From Deltaproteobacteria bacterium (lineage in GTDB: Bacteria; Bdellovibrionota; JACOXK01), in assembly GCA_016182335.1 (NCBI GenBank), contig JACOXK010000057.1:706-64705 (forward strand): a stretch of DNA of 64,000 nt, written 5' to 3'. Positions 47,754 to 57,342 of the stretch are shown here, in pieces (positions within the stretch are counted from its first letter, which is position 1; every line of letters starts with the position of its first letter). Made by a program: the position numbers and the translations under genes. The notes beneath the pieces were generated by a model. It was given only the letters and a program-made list of their open reading frames with translations. It was not told the DNA's origin and did no database searches.

Positions 47754-49521
47754 CTAATCCATTTTTTTTACAAACATTCTTTCAATATTGTGAAACATTT
47801 CTCCAACAGGAGTTGGATAAGTATTTCCAAATTTATTATGAATGGCGTACAAAGCCGCTGGAAGAACTGTGTAAATCATCGGAACTTGATCAGATACAAT
47901 TTTTTGCCAACGATCATAGAGTTTTTTTCGTTTTTTCAGATCCAATTCGCTAACACCTTTTTCAAAAATGTTATCAATTTCTTTTTCCCACTCTGTGGCT
48001 GGGGCTTCTTGGCTTGGATACCACATATGAAGGTGACCGCTGCTTTTCCAAACATTGGCACCAAAATGAGGTTCCATGCTACCGGTAAGAGCAATAAGAA
48101 CAGCGTCGTAATCAAACGTGGAATTTAGTTTTGTTATCATAAGTATTGAATTCCATAAGTGTGAAATGTACCCGGATACCTATATTCTCAAAATCTTTTC
48201 GAAGTAATTCACAGATTCTCTTGCGAACCGTATTTCCTGCATTCGTAACCAAACTAAATTCAATGGCTCGTCCTTCTGCGTCCTCTAAGATGCCATCCCC
48301 ATTTGTATCTTTAAAGCCCTCATGAGCAAGAAGACTTCTGGCCTTTTGGGGGTCAAAAGAATAGGACGTTACATCGGGATTATAAAATGTTTCAGCTGAG
48401 GGGCTTAATGGCCCCCATTGATAATATCCAAGTCCATTTAATGCGATGTCTATAATAGATTTTCTATCAATAGCATAAGATAAAGCTTTTCTAAAATTTG
48501 GATTTGTAAACAGTCTGAGTTTATGTTCTTCGATGTAATAACTTCCATTTTCTTTTTTTCGTTGATTTTGATTGAGAACTAGAAAAGAAGACCCAAATGC
48601 CGGACCAGCATTAAAAATTGAGTATTGACCTTCTTTTTCAAGAGGTTTCAGAATTGGAAAATCTTGTCCTCTTAACTCATAGTAATCGATCTCCCCTTTT
48701 TGAAATTTCAGCATTGAAATATCTTGGCTCTGAACAACATAAAACTCCATTTTGTCCAAGTAAGGCAGAGTATTGCCTTTCTCATCCTTTTTCCAATAGT
48801 GAGGGTTACGTTTCAAAACTACTTTTTGTCCCAAAACATATTCTTCAAGCATAAAAGGGCCAGTCCCAATGATTTCAGAAGGAGGGGTGCTCACAGACCA
48901 CGTCGTATTAAAAGTATTATTATTTACTTTTGCTTCCAAAGCATGTTTGGGTTGTATTCGAACTCCAGCCAGTATCATAAGAAACGGGGCAAATTTTACG
49001 GGTAGTTTCATTTGAACTGTAAAGGTATCCAACTTTGTAACTTCAATATCTTTTTCGGCAATGCGTAAAATATCGCTCGTCGATGAGGGAATGTTTTTAT
49101 TGTAGATAATATCTTTGAAGGTGAAAACGACGTCATCCGCTGTGAAAGGTTTTCCATCAAACCATTGGACATCTTCTCTTAAATGAAATGTCCAGCTCAG
49201 CCCATCACCAGATACTTCCCAGGATTTTGCAAGCGCTGATTTAACTTCGGTTGTAATGCCATCCACATCAGTGAGACCTTCAAAAAACCATTGTGTGATA
49301 TCAGTGGAAGATGTTTCTTTAGCTATTACATGATTAAAAGTTTTTGGAGGGGAAATGGTAGCTTGTCGAAGAACCCCGCCATACGTTCCAATGACAGGTT
49401 TGTATTCCGGCCTTTGGACTTGCGCCCCTCCAGTCTGTGATAGGTCCTGTTTTTTGGTGCAAGAGAATAAGAATATAAAGGCGCCCAATAGCAGAAAAGT
49501 TAAAAGATAATGTCTCATCAT
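47754..49521 (-). pseudogene. family-5 solute-binding lipoprotein (OppA/DppA-like) split by an apparent frameshift near 48112-48140
   Basis: The upstream ORF (start at MMRHYLLTFLLLGAFIFLFSC, a lipobox; SD AGAGGGAGGG) ends at 48112. The downstream 128-aa ORF, in another frame, continues the SBP_bac_5 C-terminal region (FDYDAVLIALTGSMEPHFGANVWKS...). The junction is in an A-rich stretch. This could be a sequencing error. Confidence 0.55.
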
Positions 49522-49716
49522 AAGAACCCTCCCTCTTGAACGGCCTGCAACTCTGGTAACACAAATGCATCCAGGGTACAAGGCTGTCCTGAAATATGGT
49601 ACAATAAAGGAAGTTTTAGTCGCTCGTAAGATTTCAGAATAATATTCAAGTATTAGATTCACATAATATAAAATATTGATCCCTCGCCTGACGGCTTGGG
49701 ATGACAGGTAGTTTTC

Positions 49717-50316
49717 ATGAAGAACCATCAAACAAGAAAGAAATTTCTGATCCATCATAAGTTTCAATTGAAGTACAGTCTTGGCTTTGCTTCCATTGTT
49801 GCACTTACAGCTGTCCTCTTTGGATACCTTGCCCAGAATTCAATTGAGAAGACTCTGATGGGTGCCATTCGCACTGGCGCAGTAGATTCCCCAGTGATTT
49901 CAAGTCTTTTTGAAGGACAAGCAGCATGGATATCCATTCATATTTTTATGCTTTTGAGTTTGCTGTGTCTAGTGCTCGTCATCTTAGGAGTGTTGGCAAC
50001 TCATCGTATTGCTGGCCCCCTTTTCTCGCTCAACAGAAGGATGCAGGAGACGGCCTTGGGCAAGTATTTTGAAAAACCCTTGCAGTTTAGAAAAACTGAT
50101 GAATTTCAAGAACTTGCGAAGTCTTATAATAAGCTTATGAGTTCTCTTCAATCAAAACGGAAGCAAGAATTACAGTTTGTCCATGATGAGCTTAAAAGTA
50201 TTTTAGATAATTTTCAGAAGTCCGATAAGAGGGATGAAGAAGTTCATCACCTGGAAGAAACTCTTCATAAAATTGAAAAACAATTATCAATGAGAAGTGA
50301 TTATGAAGGAAAATAA
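49717..50316 (+). CDS. membrane protein with HAMP-like linker domain
   Basis: Two TM segments followed by RIAGPLFSLNRRMQETALGKY (HAMP-like amphipathic region) and a coiled-coil tail. 199 aa. Confidence 0.45.
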   Translation: MKNHQTRKKFLIHHKFQLKYSLGFASIVALTAVLFGYLAQNSIEKTLMGAIRTGAVDSPVISSLFEGQAAWISIHIFMLLSLLCLVLVILGVLATHRIAGPLFSLNRRMQETALGKYFEKPLQFRKTDEFQELAKSYNKLMSSLQSKRKQELQFVHDELKSILDNFQKSDKRDEEVHHLEETLHKIEKQLSMRSDYEGK

Positions 50317-51601
50317 ATTAAGTTTGTTTTTTGTAGTTCTCTTTTTAGGCGTTGTAGGCATGGCTGTGTACTATGGTTTAACCTCTCAACAGGAAAATCT
50401 TTATTACGCTACATTGCAAAATACGGCTTTAATTCTCGACGAAGAAAGTTTTAATGAAAGTCGGCTTTTTGAAAGGGCCTCATTGATTGCCTCCCAGCGA
50501 ATTTATGCAAAGAAAAAAATAGCAAGCTCAAAGCTTCCGATCGAGGCGTTTATATCACTGAATCATAATAGTTTTTACTACTCGCATGGACCTGATCTGA
50601 TTAAACTTCACAATAAAAAAGAAACAAATATTACGTTGAATTTACAGAACGCTGAGTTCATTCGCGGTTTGGCTGTCGTAAATTCACAAGAGAGTCAACT
50701 GTGGGCCATTACTTCCTTAAGAAGACTTGTGAAAATTTCGATAGTGAATGTGCGGGCACAAGTTTCCACTATCTTTGAAAATTTCTTACCCAATAATATG
50801 GATGTAGAAGCCTTTTGGATTCATCCCAAAACGTCTCATCTTACTTTTGCTACCCATAACGAGAAAGATTCTTACATTGTTGAGTATGATCCAGAACATC
50901 TTGAAATTCCTTTTCAAGAACTCACACTACGCGGAATTGTGATGACGACAGGGTTTGATATGACAAGCCATTACAAGGCCCTTATTTCCAGAGAGGGCAC
51001 GCTGTACGTTTTGAACTGGGAGAAGAAAGAGATCTTTCATGCCTATAGGCAGGATTCAAAACAAATTGTTCAAAAGACTGAGCAGCCCTATGAGATTCAT
51101 TTAAGCAATGCGGGTCTTTTTATCACTCGCGAAAACCCGTCGTCCCAAAATTTTGAAATTTTAAGCCTTGGATGGGAAAAGTCATCAGACATTCTGGCGA
51201 TTCATACGCACATGTCGGATACAGCTGCCCTTAAAATTCAGTGGAAGTTTTTTAATAAAGCATTGAATTTTAAAGACCATCGTTTTTTTGTGTATTTGCA
51301 AGTAAAACCTAATGATCTACATCAAACATCAGTTGTAGGATTGGGACCGCTGAATACACAAGAAGTGGTGCTTCCATTGACGACAAAGTTTGAGGATATG
51401 AAAATGGCCAAGGTCCATCCAAACATGAGTCAGTTTACGCTGTCGCAGGTGCTTCACTATCAAAAAGAAATTCTCATGAAAGTAGCAGCCTTTGATCAAG
51501 CTGGGCGTGGAATTGCAAGTGTTCAAAATTTTCCATTAGGAAGAGAGCTAACAAGTGCTATGGCTGTTCCTAGCATTGTGAGGAGGCTCTTTTTACAATG
51601 A
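50297..51601 (+). CDS. hypothetical membrane-anchored protein (434 aa)
   Basis: One N-terminal TM helix (LSLFFVVLFLGVVGMAVYYGL). No recognisable domain. Overlaps both neighbours. Confidence 0.4.
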   Translation: MIMKENKLSLFFVVLFLGVVGMAVYYGLTSQQENLYYATLQNTALILDEESFNESRLFERASLIASQRIYAKKKIASSKLPIEAFISLNHNSFYYSHGPDLIKLHNKKETNITLNLQNAEFIRGLAVVNSQESQLWAITSLRRLVKISIVNVRAQVSTIFENFLPNNMDVEAFWIHPKTSHLTFATHNEKDSYIVEYDPEHLEIPFQELTLRGIVMTTGFDMTSHYKALISREGTLYVLNWEKKEIFHAYRQDSKQIVQKTEQPYEIHLSNAGLFITRENPSSQNFEILSLGWEKSSDILAIHTHMSDTAALKIQWKFFNKALNFKDHRFFVYLQVKPNDLHQTSVVGLGPLNTQEVVLPLTTKFEDMKMAKVHPNMSQFTLSQVLHYQKEILMKVAAFDQAGRGIASVQNFPLGRELTSAMAVPSIVRRLFLQ

Positions 51602-51984
51602 TTCAGACGGCTTTGCATCCGCACTTTTACATGGCTCTATTTGCTCTCGTGACTTTGGGTGTTATCGGCATTTTATTCTCTTTTGCACTTTCAAGAAGGA
51701 AAAGTTTATTTAAAAATAAAGCTCATTTTTTAAATAAACCAGTTTCTTTATCAGAGCAGCAACAAGAGTTTAAGAAAACCATTGACGAGTCAAATCCTTT
51801 TGAGCTGCTGGGAGTGAGCGCTTCTTCAAATAGAGAGCATATTTTAAAAGCGTATAGAAAAAAACTAAAACTTTATCATCCAGATACTGTTTCTCACAAA
51901 GGTAAAAATTATAGCGAATTTGCAAAACAAAAAACGATACAATTGCAAAAGGCAAAAGAAGAACTTTTAAAAAAGTTAGGTTAA
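51598..51984 (+). CDS. membrane-anchored J-domain (DnaJ-like) protein
   Basis: N-terminal TM helix. The C-terminal J-domain is NPFELLGVSASSNREHILKAYRKKLKLYHPD (HPD tripeptide). Confidence 0.6.
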   Translation: MIQTALHPHFYMALFALVTLGVIGILFSFALSRRKSLFKNKAHFLNKPVSLSEQQQEFKKTIDESNPFELLGVSASSNREHILKAYRKKLKLYHPDTVSHKGKNYSEFAKQKTIQLQKAKEELLKKLG

Positions 51985-52014
51985 TGAACCAATTGACAAA
52001 AGGAGGTTATTGTC

Positions 52015-52398
52015 ATGAATACGAGAAAAATATGGGATAATTTTGTGAAAAATGCAAAAAAGGTGGGAGATAAAACCTGGGGGTTTTCCAAAATTGCTGG
52101 AACTCGTGCAGTCGAGTTTGAGAAGATGAGCCCACTTCTGGCCAAGAAATTTAACATCAATAGAAATATGCATAAGCACTATGAACAACTTGGGCAAATG
52201 ACCTACGAAGTGTCAAAATTAAGAGAAGGAACGCAAGTACCACAAAATCCAGAAGTAAAGGAATTGCTTCATGAGCTTTCGGCATTAGAAAATGAACTTG
52301 AGGGAATTGAGAATCAAATCGATAAGCTCAAAATGCAGTATGATAAAAAAGTAATAGACCTTAAGTCAGACCAAAACAATAAAAAGTATTTTGGATAG
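52015..52398 (+). CDS. hypothetical coiled-coil protein
   Basis: 127 aa, helical and charged. SD AAGGAGG upstream. Confidence 0.3.
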   Translation: MNTRKIWDNFVKNAKKVGDKTWGFSKIAGTRAVEFEKMSPLLAKKFNINRNMHKHYEQLGQMTYEVSKLREGTQVPQNPEVKELLHELSALENELEGIENQIDKLKMQYDKKVIDLKSDQNNKKYFG

Positions 52399-52406
52399 AA
52401 ATAGGA

Positions 52407-52800
52407 CTAAGAGAGCCACCTTGTAAGCCGGGTTCTGTTTCCCTTGATTCAAGGGAGACAATCATCTATCTGGAGAAGTCATTACTGACCTCTTCTTGCG
52501 GACGACCCAAAGAGATAGGAACGAGCAGCTCCCGGGGGTTAACCCTCTCTTTCGTTTGCCCTTGCACCAGGTGGGGTTTACCATGCCAAGTGAGTCACCC
52601 CACTTGCGGTGAGCTCTTACCTCGCCGTTTCACCTTTACCACACTAAATACAAACCCAAGCTGGGATGACCTTAATGTGGAAGTCTATTCTCTGTGGCAC
52701 TTTCCTTCAGGTTACCCTGACTGGACGTTATCCAGCACCCTGCTCTACGGAGCCCGGACTTTCCTCTAGAAATTCTAGCGATCGTCACCAGTAGCTCTCT
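52407..52800 (-). ncRNA. rnpB: RNase P RNA (bacterial type A)
   Basis: The minus strand contains GGAAAGTCCGGGCTCC (P4 5' strand), ...GGTAAGAGCTCACCGCAAG..., ...GGTAAACCCCACCTGGTGCAAGGGCAAA..., and the 3' ACAGAACCCGGCTTA (P4 3' strand). Terminal P1 pairing is AGAGAGC / GGCTCTCT. ~395 nt. Ends are approximate. Confidence 0.85.
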
Positions 52801-53209
52801 TATCCAATTTAAAAGCAAGATTGGCGAGTCTATCAGCTTCGCTGTTAAGACTGCGCTCAATATGCTCAATCTTTATCGATGTAAAAAGAGTAAACTTCCT
52901 TCTAACCTCAAGATACAAAGGAAGCAAGCCCTCGTTTTTAATCTTATAAGCTCCGTTCAGTTGCATGACAATGAGCTCACTATCCATTCTAATAGATAAA
53001 TCCTTTATTCCCATCTCCAAAGCTCTTTCTAAGCCTAAAATCAACGCATTATATTCAGCCTGATTATTAGTCATTGTTCCCAAAAAAATGGATCCTTCAG
53101 AAAGAATATCTTTTTTAACGTTATAAAGAACAAATCCAGCGGCAGATGGTCCTGGGTTACCTTTGCACGCCCCATCAGTATATAGAATTGCTTTTTTAAT
53201 TTTTTTCAT
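52775..53209 (-). CDS. rnhA: ribonuclease HI
   Basis: MKKIKKAILYTDGACKGNPGPSAAG...NNQAEYNALILGL...SELIV is the RNase H catalytic DEDD context. Its last ~8 codons and stop lie inside the 5' end of rnpB. Confidence 0.85.
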   Translation of the reverse strand: MKKIKKAILYTDGACKGNPGPSAAGFVLYNVKKDILSEGSIFLGTMTNNQAEYNALILGLERALEMGIKDLSIRMDSELIVMQLNGAYKIKNEGLLPLYLEVRRKFTLFTSIKIEHIERSLNSEADRLANLAFKLDKRATGDDR

Positions 53210-54300
53210 ACAACTCTCCATGGACTTTTCTTTTCTGTGAAGGAGAAAACTGGAACATCAATTATTTTTTTAAGAACTTGAGCCAGAAAGTTTGCATATT
53301 CTTTTTCTGATGTAAAATGGTCCAATTCGATAAGATTATAGTGTCCTTCTATGGCACCCTGTACATCATGGTATTTTAGGTCTCCAGTGATGAATGTATC
53401 AATTCCCTGGCTAAGTGCTTCTTGGATGAGACTTGAACCACTGCCTGTACAAATACCAACTTTTTTCACAGTGGGAAGTCCGAAAGCCCCTCTTATCTGT
53501 TTTAATTCCCATATTTTTTTAACATGATTAAGAAAAGCTTTTACAGATACTTTTTTTGAAAGTTCGCCAAAACGACCCAATCCCTCCTTTTCTGAAAAAG
53601 ATTTCAACGGATAAACGTCGTAGGCCATTTCTTCATAAGGGTGCGCGTTCTTTGCTGCTTCTACGATGCAACTTAAAAGTTGTTTTGGTATTCGAAATTC
53701 CATCCTAATTTCGCAAACTTCTTCTCTTCTGCCACGGCTACCTAAATAAGGATTACTTCCTTCGAGGGGACAGAAAGTGCCGATGCCATCAATATTGTAA
53801 GAGCATTGAGAATAATTTCCAACTCCACCGCCACCAGCGGTAAAAATGGCAGATCTTACTTTTTCAGCATGAGAATGAGGGACAAAGATGACGAATTTAA
53901 AGTAATAATCCTTTTCAGGTCTGATGGGGGCAACATTTTTAAGGCCCAACTTTTGAGCGTAATTATCGGACAATGTTGGATATGCTTTATCAAGATTAGT
54001 ATGAAAACTTGCGACAGTTAAATCATGATCAAAAATAGTTTTTAATAGAAAATATTTAGGATGTTGAGAGTCCATTTTTTTTAATGGGTGGAAAAAAAGA
54101 GGGTGGTGCGAGAGAATAAGATTTGCATTTTTTGTTAGGGCATATTTTAAAGAGGATTTTGTTACATCAAGACAGGTTACAACCCCTTTAACTTTTGATT
54201 GGGTGTTGCCCATCTGAAGCCCCACATTATCCCAACTTTCAGCTAAAGAAAACGGGGCTATTTTTTCTGAAATTAAATTTATGAAATGTCCTACTTCCAT
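53206..54300 (-). CDS. Nif3-family dinuclear-metal-centre protein (YqfO/YbgI-like, with central insert)
   Basis: N-terminal WDNVGLQMG...VTCLDVT...ILSHHPLFF and a C-terminal conserved half. 364 aa. Confidence 0.8.
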   Translation of the reverse strand: MEVGHFINLISEKIAPFSLAESWDNVGLQMGNTQSKVKGVVTCLDVTKSSLKYALTKNANLILSHHPLFFHPLKKMDSQHPKYFLLKTIFDHDLTVASFHTNLDKAYPTLSDNYAQKLGLKNVAPIRPEKDYYFKFVIFVPHSHAEKVRSAIFTAGGGGVGNYSQCSYNIDGIGTFCPLEGSNPYLGSRGRREEVCEIRMEFRIPKQLLSCIVEAAKNAHPYEEMAYDVYPLKSFSEKEGLGRFGELSKKVSVKAFLNHVKKIWELKQIRGAFGLPTVKKVGICTGSGSSLIQEALSQGIDTFITGDLKYHDVQGAIEGHYNLIELDHFTSEKEYANFLAQVLKKIIDVPVFSFTEKKSPWRVV

Positions 54301-54394
54301 TTTGAAGTGTGTATAACATTACTGGCACTCTGTCATCCATTGGTCTCCCACTCTCGTTTGACAGAAAATATAATAAAGATATTATTTCTATATT

Positions 54395-54667
54395 GTGGTC
54401 TTTGAGTGGAATCCAGAAAAATCAAAGAAAAATAAAAAGAAACATGGCGTTAGTTTTTATGAAGCTAAAGAAATATGGCAGTGGAAGAGATTGGATTTTC
54501 CAAACATTGCTTACTCTAAAGAGGGTGAAGCACGATCTGCTACGATAGGATTTGTAAAAGGAATCTTATACACAGCTATTTGGACAGCGAGGGGGACATG
54601 TATTCGACTTATATGTGTAAGGAGGGCACGAGATGGTGAAAAAAAAGCATTTTTTGAAAAAATTTGA
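54395..54667 (+). CDS. brnT: BrnT-family (DUF497) type II toxin
   Basis: (V)FEWNPEKSKKNKKKHGVSFYEA...ISARRARDGEKK matches the BrnT/DUF497 pattern. GTG start. 90 aa. Confidence 0.65.
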   Translation: MVFEWNPEKSKKNKKKHGVSFYEAKEIWQWKRLDFPNIAYSKEGEARSATIGFVKGILYTAIWTARGTCIRLICVRRARDGEKKAFFEKI

Positions 54668-54899
54668 ATCGACTGAAGAAATGGATAGGTTTTTAGAAAC
54701 TCACGATTTAGGAGATTATGTAAAAAAATATGGGAAAATAACGTATCCTAAAATCAAAAAAATTAATCTTGATCTTCCTGAGTGGTTTCTTAAAGAACTT
54801 GAATTAGAAGCATCTCGAGCTGGAATTGCAAGGCAGCCGCTGATTAAATTATGGCTTTTACAAAAACTGGATGAGGAGAGGAAAAAAAGGGGCACATAA
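54633..54899 (+). CDS. brnA: BrnA-like antitoxin (ribbon-helix-helix C-terminus)
   Basis: Overlaps the brnT 3' end by 35 nt. The C-terminal ...INLDLPEWFLKELELEASRAGIARQPLIKLWLLQKL is RHH-like. 88 aa. Confidence 0.6.
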   Translation: MVKKKHFLKKFESTEEMDRFLETHDLGDYVKKYGKITYPKIKKINLDLPEWFLKELELEASRAGIARQPLIKLWLLQKLDEERKKRGT

Positions 54900-54925
54900 A
54901 AATAAAGAAAAAAAGAGCCCGCAGA

Positions 54926-55567
54926 TTATATTCCTAAAATAGATGATTCTTTTTGGAACCAAGCATTGTTCGAAAATGAGTATTCTGTAATTTTCCCTTC
55001 ACAATAATGCTCTGGATTAACCTCGTAAATTTTCCATTTTATAGGTGAACACATGACAACACCGTGTCCAGAAGAGCGCAGAGAAAGATCTATATTGCTA
55101 TCGTTATTGCCAATGTCATCCCCGCCTTTAGCCGTAGGCAATAGCGGGGATCCAGAGCGTGGCAATCTTATCCTTTCATACTTCTTATACTCCCTTAAAG
55201 ATATTTTCTTCTCACTCAACCAATAGGCAAGTCGAACTTCCTCTCGAGAAGAGAGCCACAGTGTTTGGAGGATTTCGTTATTATTTTGAATGAGCTGTGC
55301 TGGCCCCTCCCATCGAAATTGGATCATCTGTACCATGTCAAAATAGCAGCCGGATACAGAGAGATTATGCACAAGATCTTTCCATTTGTTTGATTCAACG
55401 TGCGCATTAAAGGCCATGGAGTTCTGTTCCTTAATATAGTGGCAATGAACAGTTCGCACTTGGGGATGGTCATGTTCATCAACTGTTGCCACTTGTCCAT
55501 AGGCGGGTAGGTCCTGACTGCAAAAGGCTCCAATGACTTGATTTTTGATTTCAAATGGTAATAGCAT
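54926..55567 (-). CDS. pyridoxamine 5'-phosphate oxidase-like FMN-binding protein
   Basis: PNPOx-fold pattern ATVDEHDHPQVRTVHCHYI...SNKWKDLVHN..VSGCYFD...QFRWEGPAQ. 213 aa. Confidence 0.5.
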   Translation of the reverse strand: MLLPFEIKNQVIGAFCSQDLPAYGQVATVDEHDHPQVRTVHCHYIKEQNSMAFNAHVESNKWKDLVHNLSVSGCYFDMVQMIQFRWEGPAQLIQNNNEILQTLWLSSREEVRLAYWLSEKKISLREYKKYERIRLPRSGSPLLPTAKGGDDIGNNDSNIDLSLRSSGHGVVMCSPIKWKIYEVNPEHYCEGKITEYSFSNNAWFQKESSILGI

Positions 55568-55777
55568 TGTGAAGCCCTGTGCAGATCAACTATCAATGCG
55601 TACCTCAATTGTCCATCACATATTCTAGAGCGCAGTCGCGGCACCGAAGTTCTTATGACTTCCAGGTGATACTGATAATTGAAAAATCTGCCCCCACAGA
55701 GCGTATTTATACACCATGTTGCGATGTGGAGCACATATTGCGGTCGTTCAGTTTCATGATTTGATAATCTATTAAGA

Positions 55778-56209
55778 CTATTTAATTTCGCAAATCACTA
55801 GAACTTGAATATTCTTAAGACTTTTGCCATCTTTTTTTGCAGCAACAAATTTTGAGTCTACTGGTGTATAAACACTGAGGACTGCTCGTTTTCCGTCGGA
55901 ACTGGAAATGTAATTATAAGGAATGCCGATATTCATGAATATCTCGATACCGCCTTTTTCGCGTGCATTGATATTCACCGGACCCAAAGTCCAGGAAGAT
56001 TTAAAAAGCTCCGAGTCAATGGCAGCACTTACCTTAGCTTCTTTGAAGTCAAATAATAAAGTTTTGGTTCCTTCTCCTTCTTGTTGATTATCGGAATAGA
56101 CAACCTTGTCTTCGTATTGACATTCAAGAACACTGGCAGCAGCATTGGCCACTTGCAGACAAAAACTTCCCAGCGCCAAGGTTAAAACTAGATACTTGTG
56201 TAAAATCAT
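55778..56209 (-). CDS. hypothetical secreted protein
   Basis: Signal peptide MILHKYLVLTLALGSFCLQVANA. 143 aa. Confidence 0.4.
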   Translation of the reverse strand: MILHKYLVLTLALGSFCLQVANAAASVLECQYEDKVVYSDNQQEGEGTKTLLFDFKEAKVSAAIDSELFKSSWTLGPVNINAREKGGIEIFMNIGIPYNYISSSDGKRAVLSVYTPVDSKFVAAKKDGKSLKNIQVLVICEIK

Positions 56210-56393
56210 ACGACCTCCTGTTTAGTTAAAATACACCTGACGCATATCTATTGAGGGGCCATTAACGTGTCAATACGAAAGAATAAAAAAAAAGACAACT
56301 AATAAGCAATTTCCTCAAAGAATCTAGCAATTGAATGCGCTTGACATCAACCTCTGGCAGCGCGACAAGTGCTAGAAATTAAGGAGCAAATAA

Positions 56394-56762
56394 GTGGGAA
56401 AATTTGCAACTCATTATACTGATGAAGAGCTTGCTACTATCAAAGAGAAATGGCTCAAAGATAAAGAGCAAGTTGATAAAGAATATGAAGGCCAATATCA
56501 TTGGGATAGAGATAAGGCTTATGAGAAATATCTGAATAATGCAAATCTTAGGGCACTATTTAGATTTGCAGCATTTCTTTATAAAGGAATTTTTGAAACA
56601 GGTGATCTTAAATTATTTCCCAATGAACATCCAAAGATCATTGATGCCTATAGGAGGGTATTAGCAAATGGTTACTACGATCAATCCAAGATCCGTGAAA
56701 AAGAAGTCCGCAGGCACTTCGGAAATGCGGTCAAACGACAATATCGACCAAAAAATAAATAG
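56394..56762 (+). CDS. hypothetical protein
   Basis: GTG start with a perfect SD TAAGGAG. 122 aa, charged/aromatic. No recognisable domain. Confidence 0.3.
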   Translation: MGKFATHYTDEELATIKEKWLKDKEQVDKEYEGQYHWDRDKAYEKYLNNANLRALFRFAAFLYKGIFETGDLKLFPNEHPKIIDAYRRVLANGYYDQSKIREKEVRRHFGNAVKRQYRPKNK

Positions 56763-56982
56763 TGATGAATACATAATTGAGGGGCGCATAGTAAAAGTTC
56801 CTCCTGAATCTAAGGAAGTGCTTGAAATGAGTGACGATGACCCCGGTCTTCGCCAATGGATGCAGGAGCAGGAAGAAAAATGGAAAAAGAAACATCCGAA
56901 TCTTACTCGAGAAGAAATGGATAAAAAAATTGATGCAATTCTAGAATCCGAAAAAGAGCTTCGAAAAAAATCGAAATACTAA
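56725..56982 (+). CDS. hypothetical acidic/basic small protein (overlaps previous ORF in another frame)
   Basis: Internal Met of the track ORF 56668..56982. The product is low-complexity and Lys/Glu-rich. It could alternatively be a frameshifted continuation of the previous gene. Confidence 0.2.
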   Translation: MRSNDNIDQKINSDEYIIEGRIVKVPPESKEVLEMSDDDPGLRQWMQEQEEKWKKKHPNLTREEMDKKIDAILESEKELRKKSKY

Positions 56983-57135
56983 CATTCATCTGTTTCCATG
57001 CCTTTCAGTCTTCTCCTAAATTCTCCACTGCTACCAGATATCCGAACGGTCGTTTTTGCAGCGTAATCAGATTCAATGTCTGGACTATGCGGAACTACAC
57101 AGCGTGAGATTTTTGTATGAACCAATGCCAATTTT

Positions 57136-57179
57136 ATTTTAAATTCCCATTTATAAATAAATGGGCCCAGTAGGACTTG
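57136..57179. repeat. 44-bp direct duplicate of the tRNA-Met 3' end (17-18 nt) plus its 3' flank hairpin
   Basis: ATTTTAAATTCCCATTTATAAATAAATGGGCCCAGTAGGACTTG occurs here and again at 57317-57360. The second copy overlaps the tRNA 3' end. The two copies bracket a 130-bp GC-rich segment with three perfect palindromes. Confidence 0.65.
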
Positions 57180-57342
57180 GTCACTGGTCAAAATTTGCGG
57201 CGCAAATTTTGCCATCGACCCCGACTCGCCGACCACCCACAAGTGGGTACCCGGTCAGCTCCGTCTTTCAAGTCCTGCTGTAAAGTTGCCAACGCTGCGC
57301 TTGCTCGCGTTGGCTTTATTTAAATTCCCATTTATAAATAAA

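Noticed and set aside
52672-52869. 65-aa minus-strand ORF
   Set aside because: Lies entirely within rnpB and the rnhA tail. It is a translation of structured RNA.
55324-55734. 136-aa minus-strand ORF
   Set aside because: Overlaps the better-supported PNPOx-like CDS in another frame. No motifs.
56979-57242. 87-aa minus-strand ORF
   Set aside because: Covers the GC-rich palindromic repeat segment next to tRNA-Met. Likely non-coding.
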